DNA from: Octopus sinensis | Taxonomy: Eukaryota | NCBI RefSeq assembly: GCF_006345805.1 | Contig: NC_043000.1 | Location: forward strand, 93,620,001-93,684,000 | Length of the DNA: 64,000 bases | Direction of reading: 5' to 3' | Shown: positions 12,291-25,683 of the stretch, one piece after another | How the letters are laid out: each line of letters opens with the position of its first letter | Position numbering within the stretch: position 1 is the first letter of the stretch | Program-made: the position numbers and the translations under genes | The notes under the pieces: model-generated | Told to the model about the DNA's origin: nothing | Seen by the model: only the letters and a program-made list of their open reading frames with translations | Database searches by the model: none

Positions 12291-12996
12291 ATTTGGTTTA
12301 GCTTGAAGAATTTATCTTGTGATTTTCTCCTATGACATTTCTGATTACATACCTGTAGAACCAGAGCCTGGCTTGGAAACTTATCCAAATTGGCAAACTT
12401 AGGTCAGATTTTTACTGACACATCAATTACAAACATCCTTGGACTCATTCTTGTTAAAGAATGGTTGATTTGGCAAAATCATTAAAGCACCAGACAAAAT
12501 GTCTTCCTGCATGTCTTCTGGTTATTTACATTCTGAGTTCAAATTCCATGTTTCATTTTTCTGAGATAGAAAAATATGATACCAGTCAACTACTGGAAAT
12601 GTGTTGCATTTTGAAAGAATTATTTTTACTGCTTGCGACCACTTTAATGTGACTGTCCTCTAAGAGACAACAATACTACCATTTAACCATAGGAAGACAT
12701 CTCCTCCAGCTGGTTTATTCAGTCCACTTCTCACACCCAACATTTATTGCAAGCAGGAGATAACGTCTGCCACCCTAGTTCCAAGACTTAATTATTTTTA
12801 CATAATTAGCCTTTCTCCATACATGTATATGTGGAAATAGGTATAGCCACTCAAAATTTCATTATGCTTGACTGTTGAAAGCAGTTTTATAAACCAATCT
12901 GTCTTTTGTTGAAGAATGTCATGTTTAACGATGGTTTATTGATGCAGGATGACTTACTTTAAATACCATTTTTTAATTTTGGTAAATATTTACCAT

Positions 12997-13322
12997 GGAG
13001 GCACACTGTCCCAGTGGTTAGGACAGCGGACTTGTGGTCGGAGGATCGCAATTTCGATTCTCAGACTGGGCGTTGTATGTATGTATTGAGTGAAAACACC
13101 TAAAAGTTCCATGAGGCTCCGGCAAGGGGTGGTGGCGACCCCTGTTGTACTCTTTCGCCACAACTTTCTCTCACTCTCTCTTCCTGTTTCTTGAGTAATG
13201 CTGTGATGGACTGGCGTCCCATCCAGCTGAGCAGCGGGGTAATGCATATGCCACAAAAACCAGGAAACCAGGGCCATGAGCCTGGCTAGGCTTGAAAAGG
13301 GCGCATAAAAAATACATAATAA
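12997..13322 (+). mobile_element. tRNA-derived SINE, family A variant with a different 3' half and a 13-bp TSD
   Basis: Family A head; AAATATTTACCAT duplicated at 12984-12996 and 13323-13335; A-rich tail. Confidence 0.85.
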
Positions 13323-13359
13323 AAATATTTACCATCATTCTATTATCTTTAACTTATGT

Positions 13360-13725
13360 CAGTCCTTAGACTGTGGCCATGCAGGAGCACTGCCTTGAAG
13401 AATTTTACTTGAAATAAATTGACCCCGGTACCTGTTTTTTTTGTTTTAAGCCTGTTACTTATTCTGTCAGTCTCTTTCGCTGAACTGCAAAGTCACGGAG
13501 ATGCAAAAACACCAACTCCGGTTGTCAAGCAGTGTTGGTGGGCAAACACAGATATAAATACACACACACACACACACACATGCATGCAACACACACACAA
13601 ACACTCATTCATCCAAAGACACATACACACATGCATACATACACATGCACACCACACTCATGTGCACGTGCACACACACACACACACACACGCACACTCA
13701 TACAATGGGCTTCTTTCAGTTTCTG
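13360..13725 (-). mobile_element. SINE family B, lacking most of the tRNA head
   Basis: gactgtggccatgc...ggttgtcaagc...gggcttctttcagtttc. Confidence 0.7.
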
Positions 13726-13936
13726 TGGAATAACCATGAAATTTGATTTCACAGTTTAAGGGACAAATGGCCACAGTTTGCATTCCAACATAAATATTTG
13801 TCTTATTATGTATGTTTTTTAAATATTTCATTCCTCTCTCACCCTGTATCCTTGTCTCTCACCATCTGCCCCACCTCACTCTTTGATACCAAAGATATAT
13901 ATATATTATATATATATATAAATGCAGGAGCGTGTT

Positions 13937-14208
<272 letters not shown>

Positions 14209-14239
14209 TGAGAAATATGTAAAAAAAAAAAAATTATGT

Positions 14240-14627
14240 GTGCATTATACATGTATATATATATATTATATATATGTATATTATATATATGTATATATAT
14301 ATATGTATATATATATGTATGTATATATATATATATATGTAATATATATATATGTATATATATATAATATGTATATATATTATATATATGTATATATAAT
14401 ATATGTATGTATATATATATATATGTTATATATTATATATATATATGTATATGTATATTATATATGTATATATATTATATAATATATATGTATATATATA
14501 TATATATATGTATATTATATATATATATAGATATATATATATATATCTATATATATATATATATAGATATATATATAAAATCATAAAAAATGAAAAGCAT
14601 AAGGTTAACACCGATATATATATTGTA

Positions 14628-14685
<58 letters not shown>

Positions 14686-15000
14686 GTGTTTTATATACAT
14701 ATGTGTATATATGTGTGTATGTATATATATATATATATATACATACATACACATATGCTAAAAGAAAGAAGAAAACAAATGTATCAAGGATTTACAGCAA
14801 TAGTTTTAGAGTTAATTCTTGTATTTTTATTGGTTGTGCTCTTGTTCCAATTATTTGAATATATATTATATATATATATATGTATATATATGTATGTATA
14901 TTAATATTAATATATTAATGAATATATATGTATGTATATATATATATATGTATATATATTAATATTAATATATTAATGAATATATATGTACATATCATTT
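14240..15000. repeat. Degenerate (AT)n/(ATGT)n microsatellite immediately downstream of the MEF2 exon
   Basis: Direct reading. Confidence 0.95.
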
Positions 15001-15649
15001 GAATATATATATTAATATGTATCACTTATCAAAGACAAAAAAAATATATATATACAATTAATTATAAGAATGAAAGAATAATGTAAGGGATATTAAGAAT
15101 AAGAGAAATGAAAAAAATAACTGACTTATATGTATGTATATGAATATATGTAAATGTATGTATATATGTGTGTATATGTATATATGTAAATGTATGTATA
15201 TATGTGTATATATATGTCAATGTGCATATACATACACAGACACACACATATATGTATATATAAATATATGTGTATTAGTTAGTATTATAACTATAACTAT
15301 TGTTATTATTATCGTTTTTTTGTTTAACATTGTTATTAGCACTATCATGTACTTAACACTGGGTCTTTGGATGAATTGTTTTGTAACATTCATTTCAAGT
15401 AACACCTTATAATTCCTTCATGGCGTATTATCGGAAGTTAGGTCTTGCAGAGTAGAATTCGAAATTTTCTTTCTTTGGCCAGAATCTTGTATATATTTTG
15501 CAAGTGTAAACTTTAAACCATTTCACCTGTATCGAACATACAATGTACATGTATCTACTTGTTTATATGATGTATGTATATGTGTAAATGTGATTGTGAG
15601 TGTGTACATATATGGGCGTTTTTTTACGTGTGCATCTGTGCAGTGGATG

Positions 15650-15688
<39 letters not shown>

Positions 15689-16281
15689 CATATATATATA
15701 TGTATGTATGTCTATATTGTCATTTATAAATTCCAGTATGTTTGGATAAATCCATGTATATACCCATATATATATACATGCATCAAATACTTTATATATA
15801 TCTTTATGTATACATTATATGTGTGTGTATACACATATACACATGAATATTTACGAATTACTTATATAAGAGAATGTATGTAGATGTATATTTTTAATAT
15901 GTATCTCTATATATACTTCTTTATTGTGATGTGTATATAGTTTTATATACATCTCTCTCTCTCTCTGTTATGTCCTGTTATTATTTTTATTGTATTTGTG
16001 TAACATTGTCCTTTTTTTCCTGTCCTTGTTTTTGTATTCATTCACTGCTTTCTTCCAAGGATTCTAATGCTCTTAGCTTAGTTTTTCCTTGGGGCTGACC
16101 AGATTGGAGCAATCTCAGCTATAATCAGCCGAAATTGCGAAGATAATCTGGTACTTGACTGAGGAAAGAAAACTTCGAATGACCCGTCCTTGTTTTCTTT
16201 GTATCGTCTATCTGGATGTTTTGTTGTCCTATTTTTGTATCACCTAACTGTCCGGATGTTTTGTGTTCTTGTCCCATTTAG

Positions 16282-16314
<33 letters not shown>

Positions 16315-16345
16315 ATGGCATACGTACACTTCGGTCTCTTATATG

Positions 16346-16392
<47 letters not shown>

Positions 16393-16736
16393 ATAGATAC
16401 ATAGATGAATAGATGGAGAGACGGAGTAAACACAAGAGCTTCGTCTTACTGAAATCATTCAGGCAACTGTTTTCTGTATCTCAAGTTATATAGTGATTCT
16501 TGCAAGCTTATTAATTTTTGTGTTGCTCTAATTGTCATTGGCTGTTTGTTAAATATTATTTTATTAATTTGGTATTATTTACATTATTTAACTATTTTGT
16601 AATCAGTCAATGTCATTATTTTATCTATTGAAATTATGTAATCTAGACACACACAACATAAAAACGTGTGGTGCGATATGTATACTAAAAGGACATAGTA
16701 TCTTTGTTGATAATTAATAGGAAAAATATACACATT

Positions 16737-17143
16737 GGTGCAGGAGTGGCTGTGTGGTAAGTAGCTTGCTTACCAACCTCATGGTTCTGGGTTCAGTCCC
16801 ACTGCATGGCATCTTGGGCAAGTGTCTCCTACTACAGCCTTGGGCCGACCAAATCCTTGTGAGTGGATTTGGTAGACAGAAACTGAAAGAAGCCTGGTGT
16901 ATATATGTATATATATGTGTGTATATGTTTGTGTGTCTGTGTTTGACCCCACAACATTGCTTGACAACTGATGCTGGTGTGTTTACTTCCCCATAACTTA
17001 GCGATTCAGCAAAAGAGACTGATAGAATATGTACTAGGCTTACAAAGAATAAGCCCTGGGGTTGATTTCTTTGACTAAAGGCGGTGCTGCAGCATGGCCT
17101 TGGTCAAATGACTGAAACAAGTAAAAAGAGTAAAAAAAAAGAG
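16737..17143 (+). mobile_element. tRNA-derived SINE, family B (about 400 bp, internal (TA/TG)n), full length
   Basis: A box TGGCTGTGTGG and B box GGTTCAGTCC; core cttgggcaagtgtc...gtgagtggatttggtagac; tail gaaacaagtaaaagag. More than 10 related copies in the window. Confidence 0.88.
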
Positions 17144-17159
17144 TATACAAATATCGTTT

Positions 17160-17551
17160 TTCTTCGACCTCTTTCGATCATTAGACTGCTGCCATGCTGG
17201 GGCACCACCTCAAAGAATTTTACTTGAAATAATCAACCACAGTATTTCTTTTTTTTTTTTAAGCCTGGTACATAATCTATCTGCCTTTTTTGGTAAACCA
17301 CTAAGATCTGGGGTTATAAACAGCAACACCAGTTGGGCGTGGAAGTGGCGGATAAACACACACACACATATACATATACATAAACATGTATATGGTGCAG
17401 TGCTTTCTGTTTCCATCAACTAAATTCACTCATAAGGCTTTGATCAGCTTGGGGGCTAGAGTAAAAGGCACTTGCTGAAGGCGCCACACAGTGGAACTGA
17501 ACCTAGAACCATATTGTCGAGAAGCAGACTTCTTGCTACCCAGCCATCCCT
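17160..17551 (-). mobile_element. SINE family B, older diverged copy
   Basis: gccatgctggggcaccacc ... gtggaactgaacctagaacc ... cagccat is the reverse of family B. Confidence 0.75.
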
Positions 17552-17694
17552 ATAAATATACACTGGGCAATGCCACATGATAAGTAAATTATTCCCAAGT
17601 ATATCCCAACTGTGTAGCACAAATATTTATACAATACTGTAGAACAGGAGTAGTTTTTTACCAATTGTTTCAAAACTGAAGCACACACATGTAT

Positions 17695-17729
<35 letters not shown>

Positions 17730-17907
17730 GAAAGAGAGAGAGAGAGAGAGAGAAGAAAGTACATCAGAGGAACATTTGTGAACTAAATACACATAATCGT
17801 GGCTTAGATTTTAAGCACTACTATTGGGAATTCTTATCTCATTTAATTGAAGTAGTTTTCAACCCACTATATTATATATGCAAACTCCACTCTGAATATA
17901 TACATAC

Positions 17908-17949
<42 letters not shown>

Positions 17950-18227
17950 ATATATTTTTTTTATATAATTTAATATATATATATATATAATACACGCACA
18001 CACATACAATAGTTTTCTATAATATATAGTATCGTCATTATCCTCATCGTTTTACATCTGCTTTCCATGCTTATAGGGAAGGGGATGGGACATTAATGCT
18101 TTTTCCTAGGTGGTTCAGAAAAACCACATCTTTGAAAGTTCCATTTTTGGCTTGGTTCCTACATCTAAATGTTCTTCCTAACACCAAACTACTTCAAGTA
18201 TGCTTGTATTTGCATACATATATATAT

Positions 18228-18286
<59 letters not shown>

Positions 18287-18694
18287 ATACATAAATATAC
18301 ATGCACTTGTTCAGTAACAAGAAATACAATTGAAACTATAGCCAACTCAAGCAGAGTCTATAATATTTAATCAATAGCTTGATATTCCTTCTGTCTAACC
18401 TTACTACAAATAGTTTCCCTTTTCGATTTTTCTCTTGATAATGCCTTTTTTTTTTTTTTTCATTGAGGGAAGTAATTCATTACTTTTCTTATAGTGGCTA
18501 AATTCCTCAAAATAAAAAAAAAAACGTCATGAACATCTCACAGATTCAGTGTCATAACCTTCATATATTCTTATCTTCCTGTCCCAAGAATTAATTAATA
18601 TGTAATCATTATAATTAGCATGTAGCAAATTGTGAAGATGGAAGAAAATATGTAAATTTGATACCTACTTGTTTTTTTTCATATATATATATAT

Positions 18695-19113
18695 GAGTGG
18701 CTGTGTGGTAAGTAGCTTGCTTACTAACCACATGGTTCCGGGTTCAGTCCCACTGCGTGGCACCTTGGGCAAGTGTCTTCTGCTATAGCCCCGGGCCAAC
18801 CAATGCCTTGTGAGTGGATTTGGTGGACAGAAACTGAAAGAAGCCTGTCGTATATATGTATATATATATATGTATATGTGTGCGTGTGTATATGTTTGTG
18901 TGTCTGTGTTTGTACCCCTAGCATTGCTTGACAACCGATGCTGGTGTGTTTACGTCCCTGTCACTCAGCAGTTCGGCAAAAAGAGACCGATTGAATAAGT
19001 ACTGGGCTTACACAAAGAATAAGTCCCGGGGTCAATTTGCTCGACTAAAGGCGGTGCTCCAGCATGGCCGCAGTCAAATGACTGAAACAAGTAAAAGAGT
19101 AAGAGTAAAGAGT
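18695..19113 (+). mobile_element. SINE family B, full length
   Basis: Colinear with 16737-17143. Confidence 0.88.
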
Positions 19114-20195
19114 ATATCTATAGTTTAATTTTATTTTTTCCTGGTTTCAATGGTCTGCAGGTTTTCTTCACTCATAAAAGATAATATAACAGTATTATTC
19201 ATTCCTTGATATATATTAATTGCTTTCTGTTTACAACAATACAATTATGAATTTTACTTTCTTGCTTTAAGCTTAACAATCATATTTCTGATTTAACTGC
19301 TGAAGCCTTTGTATTTCACTTTTGAATATACAGGAAAGTTATTTGGTTTCCTTGGCCTGCAGTCTCATGAAATAATGCATACACATACATGGGAACACAG
19401 GAACACACATACAAATCTATTCAATTTCTTAGTTAACATATTACTATTATTTTCATTATTAGCAGCATCAGTTATAATCAAATGACAGGCATGGTTGTGT
19501 GTTTAAGAAGTTTGCTTTCTAACCATGTGGTTTCAGGTTCAACTAATGCTGGATTAACCATTTAGCAAAATAAGCATATCCTTGAGCATCAAGGGGAAGG
19601 CGGCACCACAGAAATTGGAAATGGTTTACAGCACAAAAGAAATCACTTTAAACTTGCTGAAATAATATTTGATATGCCTTATCTCTACTAAGTATAGAAG
19701 CAGATATGCTATGTGAAACTGAACCAGTGCATGTGTTTATTGTTGTGTAATGACCCTCCCAGAATACAACAAGATCTGCTTTAATGCACAGGTTTACATA
19801 AAGAATCTTGCAAACCAAATATAAAATTGAAATAAGAATATTCTTTACCTAGAATTACATTTCCAGAATCAAGGCACATCTTCCGTGATGCAATATCTGC
19901 CACATCACAAAGTATGGTCATAGAAATACACTGGATTGGTGTATTACATCAGAAATATTGTCATGAATGGCTTAGTGTAATCCATTCTCTCCCAAGAATA
20001 TTTCCCATCAAATATGCTGTGTAACAATGAAATTATTTTAAAAATGTCTCATGGTTTGAATTATTCTTCAATCTAGAACGTTTCTGATTAAACTTTTGGG
20101 ACTATTTTTTTTACCCATTATTTTCAAGAAATTCTATTTGATAACTTTCTTCCAATTTAAGATTTCCGCCTAGAACATTCAAGCAAATGTTCAAA

Positions 20196-20310
20196 TGTGT
20201 GTATGTGTGTATTTATGAACTTGTGTGTGTGTGTGTATTTATGAACTTGTGTGTGTGTGTGTATTTATGAGCTGGTGTGTGTGTGTGTATTTATGAGCTT
20301 GTGTGTGGGT
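20196..20310 (+). repeat. 26-bp minisatellite x4, TATTTATGARCTK(GT)n
   Basis: Units at 20210, 20236, 20262 and 20288. Confidence 0.9.
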
Positions 20311-22103
20311 TTATTTGTGTTTGCAGATGAACCAAACCATACATATGATTGATGATGTACATGTGTGTGTGAGAGACTGTATATTGATGTGTGAATATTT
20401 ATATTATTGTAAATGAATGTGAGTATCTATTTACACACACACACACACACATATATGTGTCTGTAGATTTGTTAATACGTAGATGTATGTCTATTAGTGA
20501 CCACACAGAGGAGAATGTATTCTTTTGCTGATGTGTGTAAATGTATATATATAATTGTGTATATATGTATTAATGTGTGTGTGTGTATGTGTGCATATGT
20601 ACTTGCATACGCTTGTGCATGCTTGTATAGTTAATGCATGTATTTGTATTTCTGTACATACACGAGGCAAGATCACTGCATTTGTACATGCACTGCGTAC
20701 AAAAGTCTATAATATAATTTTATGTATATACAGTATATCTGTGTGTGTGTGTGTGTGTGTGTGCGCGCGCACATGCACATATATATCTATGTGTGTGCGC
20801 ACATACGTGGATCTGGGCACTGATTTTTTTTTCTTCACTTCTTTATTAATTTATTTATTCATTTATTTATTTTTATTCCATTAAGATCAAATTCTTGGAA
20901 AACCATTTCTGACATTAGTTTTCTTTTTTTTCTTTCTTTTTCTCACTCTTTTTTTTTTTTTTCTTCTTCTTCTTTCCTCTATTGAGTTTTACTAATTTAC
21001 CTGACATTTTCATCATTTCCCTGTGGCCATGTCTTTCCATCTTTTCCTCCTGCAAGTCTTTGAGTAGTTCCGAAAGAACTGCAGTCTTGCCAGTAATGAG
21101 ATTCTCCTAACAACTGCTTACTGTATCATTAACTGGTTTCACACATGGACAAACGTTGATTTGTTCCATTTTAGCTTTAGCTTACGCTCATCCTATCAGG
21201 GGTTGGTTTTTAGGTTTGTTGCTTAAAAATGCAAACAAGTTGCCTGTTCTATTGATCGAACGTCAGCATATACTGTTGCTCTATCATAATGGTTATTGAC
21301 TAGTTATGTGAGTGCTAACAGAATATTGTAATTTGTAAATGCTAAGGAAATACATCAGAAAACAAAACCAAATGAGAAGGAGAAATTACACTCTGCTAGA
21401 CCAGCCCAGTCCAGACCAGACCAGCAAGGTCAGGCCAGATCAAACTAGCTCAAACCAGATGAGATGAGATCAGATCAAGTTTGACCAGACTGGTTAACAT
21501 CAGACACCTGTAGAAAGCATTTGGGGAAAAGAGCCTATTGTAGTTAGCTATCTATTTATGTATTTATATGATGATATCTATTATTATTATTATTGTTATT
21601 ATTATTTCTATTATCATCATCATTATTTATTTATTTATTTAACTAATTAATGTTTTACATGGATAAATGCATGGTTGGATGGACAGGCAGACAAGAAATA
21701 ACTACATTTGTGTGCATGAGTGTGTAACAGCTAGCTAAACAGATATAGATGCATATATAATACATATATCACTTAAGAGATAGATCAATAGATGCATATG
21801 TCATTTGACTGATAGATATTTAGTCACATCAATTGATAGATAGTTTATTGCAATAATCAATCAAGGTAATGATCATCATCACCATTTTACCATCCACTTT
21901 TCCATGCTTCTATGTGTCAGTGTTTAATGGGACAGATTTTCAACAGCTGGGTGCCCTTCCCGTCACTAACCCACACCTGTTTTCAAGCAAGGTAATATTT
22001 CCCCCCTCATGGTTGAACATGTCTCTCATGGAAGACTGAAAACAAACAGCACCACTTGTGCGATGGAGATACTCATGCATATATTTACAATGGGTTCATA
22101 TAT

Positions 22104-22390
22104 ATCATCATCATCCTTTAACGTCCGCTTTCCATGCTAGCATGGGTTGGACGATTTGACTGAGGACTGGCCAACCAGATGGCTGCACCAGGCTCCAATC
22201 TGATCTGGCAGAGTTTCTACAGCTGGATGCCCTTCCTAACGCCAACTACTCTGAGAGCGTAGTGGGTGCTTTTACATGCCACCTGCACAAGGGCCAGTCT
22301 GGCAGTACTGGCAATGGCCATGCTCGAAATGGTGTTTTTTACGTGCAACCAGCACAGGAGTCAGTCCAGCAGCACTGGCAATGACCTCGC
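22104..22390 (-). mobile_element. Family D repeat
   Basis: catcatcatcctttaacgtccgctttccatgctagc...ggatgcccttcctaacgcc. Confidence 0.8.
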
Positions 22391-22397
22391 TTGAATG

Positions 22398-22465
<68 letters not shown>

Positions 22466-22879
22466 TACTTGTTTTAGTCGTTTGACTGTAGCCATGCTGG
22501 AGCATTGCCTTGAAGGGTTTAAGTCAAACAAACCAACCCTGTGACTTGTTTTTGGAACCCCAGTACTTCTTCTAGCGGTCTCTTATGCCAAACTCCTACA
22601 TTATAATGACATAAATATACCCCCACCAATTATCAAGTGGTGGTGGGGGACAAACATGGGCACAGAGACACACACACACATAGTTATATGCATACACACA
22701 CAGACACACGATGAGTTTCTTTCAGCTTTCGTATACCAAAACCACTTATAAGACTTTGATTGGCCTTAGGTTATAGTAGGAAACACTTTCCCAAGGTGAA
22801 TAAGGATATAAAATATATACTGAGTGAGGCAGATGTGTGTGCATGTATTTATATGTGTGTGTTTCCGTCATATATATAT

Positions 22880-23330
22880 ATATATATGTACTTGTGAAGA
22901 CTTGTTGAGGCAAGTGAAAATCAAAATCAAAATCGATCAACATCAACGGAAATTGTAGCTGTGATGCCAGTGCTGGTGGCACATAAGAGTACCATCCGAA
23001 TGTGGCTATTGCTAGCGCCACCCCGACTGGCCTCAGTGCCGGTGGCACATAAAAAGCACCATCCGATCATGGCCATTGCCAGCCTCGCTAGGCCTCCATG
23101 CCGGTGGCACGTAAAAAGCACCATCCGATCATGGCCGTTTGCCAGCCTCGTCTGGCACGTTAAAAGCACTCACTACACTCATGGAGTGGTTGGCGTTAGG
23201 AAGGGCGTCCAGCCGTAGAAACATTGCCAGGTCAGACTGGGCCTGGTGCAGCCTTCTGGCTTCCCAGACCCCAGTTGAACCGTCCAACCCATGCCAGCAT
23301 GGAAAGCGGACGCTAAACGATGATGATGAT
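22880..23330 (+). mobile_element. SINE-like family D (internal tandem hairpin units, aggaagggcatccagc core, (GAT)n tail)
   Basis: Core ggcgttaggaagggcgtccagccgtagaaac and tail gcggacgctaaacgatgatgat, shared with 24230-24560, 32335-32605 and 33175-33500, and with 22104-22390 and 49135-49650 in reverse. Confidence 0.8.
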
Positions 23331-24229
23331 GTATGTATATATCTATATACATACATATATGCATATGTATGTACATATGTTTGTATGTATATATATATAT
23401 ATATATTCCTTTACTTCTTTGTTTCAGTCGTTTGACTGTGGCCATGCTGGGGCACCACCTTTAGTTGAACAAATCGCCCCCAGAACTTATTCTTTGTAAG
23501 CCTAGTACTTTATTCTATCTGTCTCTTTTGCTGATCCGCTAAGTTACGGGGACGTAGACACACCAAAAACACAGGCGTACAAACATATGCATATATATAC
23601 ATACATACATGTATATATGTGCATTGTAGTTGTATGTACGTATATATATATATATACATTATTATATATATATATATATATGAATAGATATAGATATGTA
23701 TATATGTATATATATATTTATATATACACACACACTCACACACCTACATGCCTTATATACAATTTCAAAAGAATTGTTAACGCTGCAAGTACAGCAGGTC
23801 TTAATAATGAATATCATAGTTGTATTAGCTAATCTTTTATGAAAATAAGATGAGAAAGATTTAAATAATTAAGTTACTATCATGCTCCAATTAATAACTT
23901 TCATTTTATAAATTATGTGCATGTGTGCATATGTGTTGATAATGGGTAGCTGTCAAGTGCTTGGTTGATTAAATCATCTATAGTTCTCTCTATAAAGTTT
24001 GGCCTGGCTCCAATGTATGGAATTAGCAGCTTTCCTTTAACTAGTATGGGCAAGCAGTGTTCTTTTGTTTTGTGTCTATGGTAGATGAAGTTGAGAGAGT
24101 TGAGAGTAGGTACCATCCTCTTTGAACAAGCCCTAATTTTTTCATTTTGTTTTTTTTTTTCAAGTTCCACTAGGAAGGAAAGGTGGGGACGGAGAGGGAA
24201 GTGCTTGCATGCATTCAATTTGTCAAGTG

Positions 24230-24560
24230 AATGGCACCCTTGAAATCATAATCGTAGCTGTTGCCAGTAGCATGATCTTCAAAATTTGGGCCTCACAGAG
24301 GTGATGACAAGTGACTGAGACCTTTCATGACACGCAGTGCTTGAGAAGACTCGTCAAGCCAAGTGAAATCATACTTGTGGTGGTTGATAATATCATGAAA
24401 ATGGCACCCCCGGAATCATAGTCATGTAAATGGCACCCATGCCAGTGGCACATAGAAAGTGCCCGTTACACTCATGGAGTGGTTGGCATTAGGAAGGGCA
24501 TCCAGCTGTAGAAACCATGCCAGCATGCAAAGCGGATGTTAAATGATGATGATGATGATG
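24230..24560 (+). mobile_element. Family D repeat with 5' portion
   Basis: gcagtgcttgagaagac head, core and (GAT)n tail. Confidence 0.7.
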
Positions 24561-24840
24561 TAGGCGGTGGGGAAATGTTTTAGGTGAATGGAACAACACC
24601 AGGCATGTGCCTTCAGATTGGAGTACAACAGTTGGTTAAGGGTTCTTTACACTATGAGTTCAAATCCTATAACTAGGTTAACTTTGTCCTTCAATCTTCT
24701 GGACATCAATAAAATAAAGTATCAGTCAAGAGTTGGTGTCACTTTGATTAACACTCTCCTCTCAAATTTGTGACTTTGTGTCTATATCAGAAGTAGTAGC
24801 AGTAGTAGTAGTGGTGGTAGTAGTAGTAGTAGTAGTAGTA

Positions 24841-24887
<47 letters not shown>

Positions 24888-25146
24888 ATAATAATGATAA
24901 TAATGATAATAATGATAATAATAATGATAATAATAATTCTTTCTAATTTTGACCAAGGTCAACAATTCTATTGATCCCGGGAGGATAAAATCAAAGTTGA
25001 CCTTGATAGAATTTGAACTAAGACCATAAAGAGCCAGAGGAAATGTTTTTAGTCATTTTATCTGCCGTACTAATGATTTTGCTAGCATACTACCTCAATA
25101 ACAACAATAATAATGATAATAATAATAATAATAATAATAATAATAT

Positions 25147-25683
25147 TGCAGTACCAGGCAGTGGCTCTTGTGGCTTCTGATCGTAACAGAATGGAAGTGT
25201 TATCTTGTACATTGTTTTGTCTTGGTATAAAAGATGGGCTACAACAAATATTCTGCTCAATACCACAGATTTGCTTGTCAGTTGATTGACCTTCACCAGT
25301 TGAGCATGTCCCTTAGTGGCTGACGATATGTGCAGCTCTGATCACAAGCAGAAGTAGTGGGGTAACATCATAGCCATGTGTTGAGAGGAATTCTTTTGGG
25401 GTTTGGATAATTCAACTCTGGAAACATGGGTGTTTTGTTCATCATCCTTAAACAACCCTTATTCATGGACCTTTTGAGCAGGATGGGATACTTGACCTGA
25501 ACAAAATTCTAAGTGGGCCCCACCTGCAAGGTCATATACTGTTTGTCTTGATATGAGACCACCATGTTGCACACATATGGTTGTGATGCATGTGCATGGT
25601 GTACCTTTATCATGATGGGTATACTGGGCTTCGTATATTTTACCCCAGTGTCACTTTGATGGCCTGCACTGCTCTCTCATTCA
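25147..25683 (+). mobile_element. About 540-bp interspersed repeat, family E (unclassified; strand arbitrary)
   Basis: Colinear reverse complement of 52718-53268; both ends sit in (AAT)n. Confidence 0.8.

Noticed and set aside
16155-16195. Hammerhead at CTGAGGA-aagaaaactt-cGAATgacccgtc
   Set aside because: GAAT replaces GAAA and no stem I pairs in register.
21385-21500. AGACC/AGATC pentamer run as a functional repeat
   Set aside because: Short degenerate satellite with no other support.
22965-23170. CRISPR array (palindromic repeat plus spacers), also at 49280-49600
   Set aside because: The spacers are homologous to each other, the array lies inside a dispersed SINE-like family, there are no cas genes, and the context is eukaryotic.
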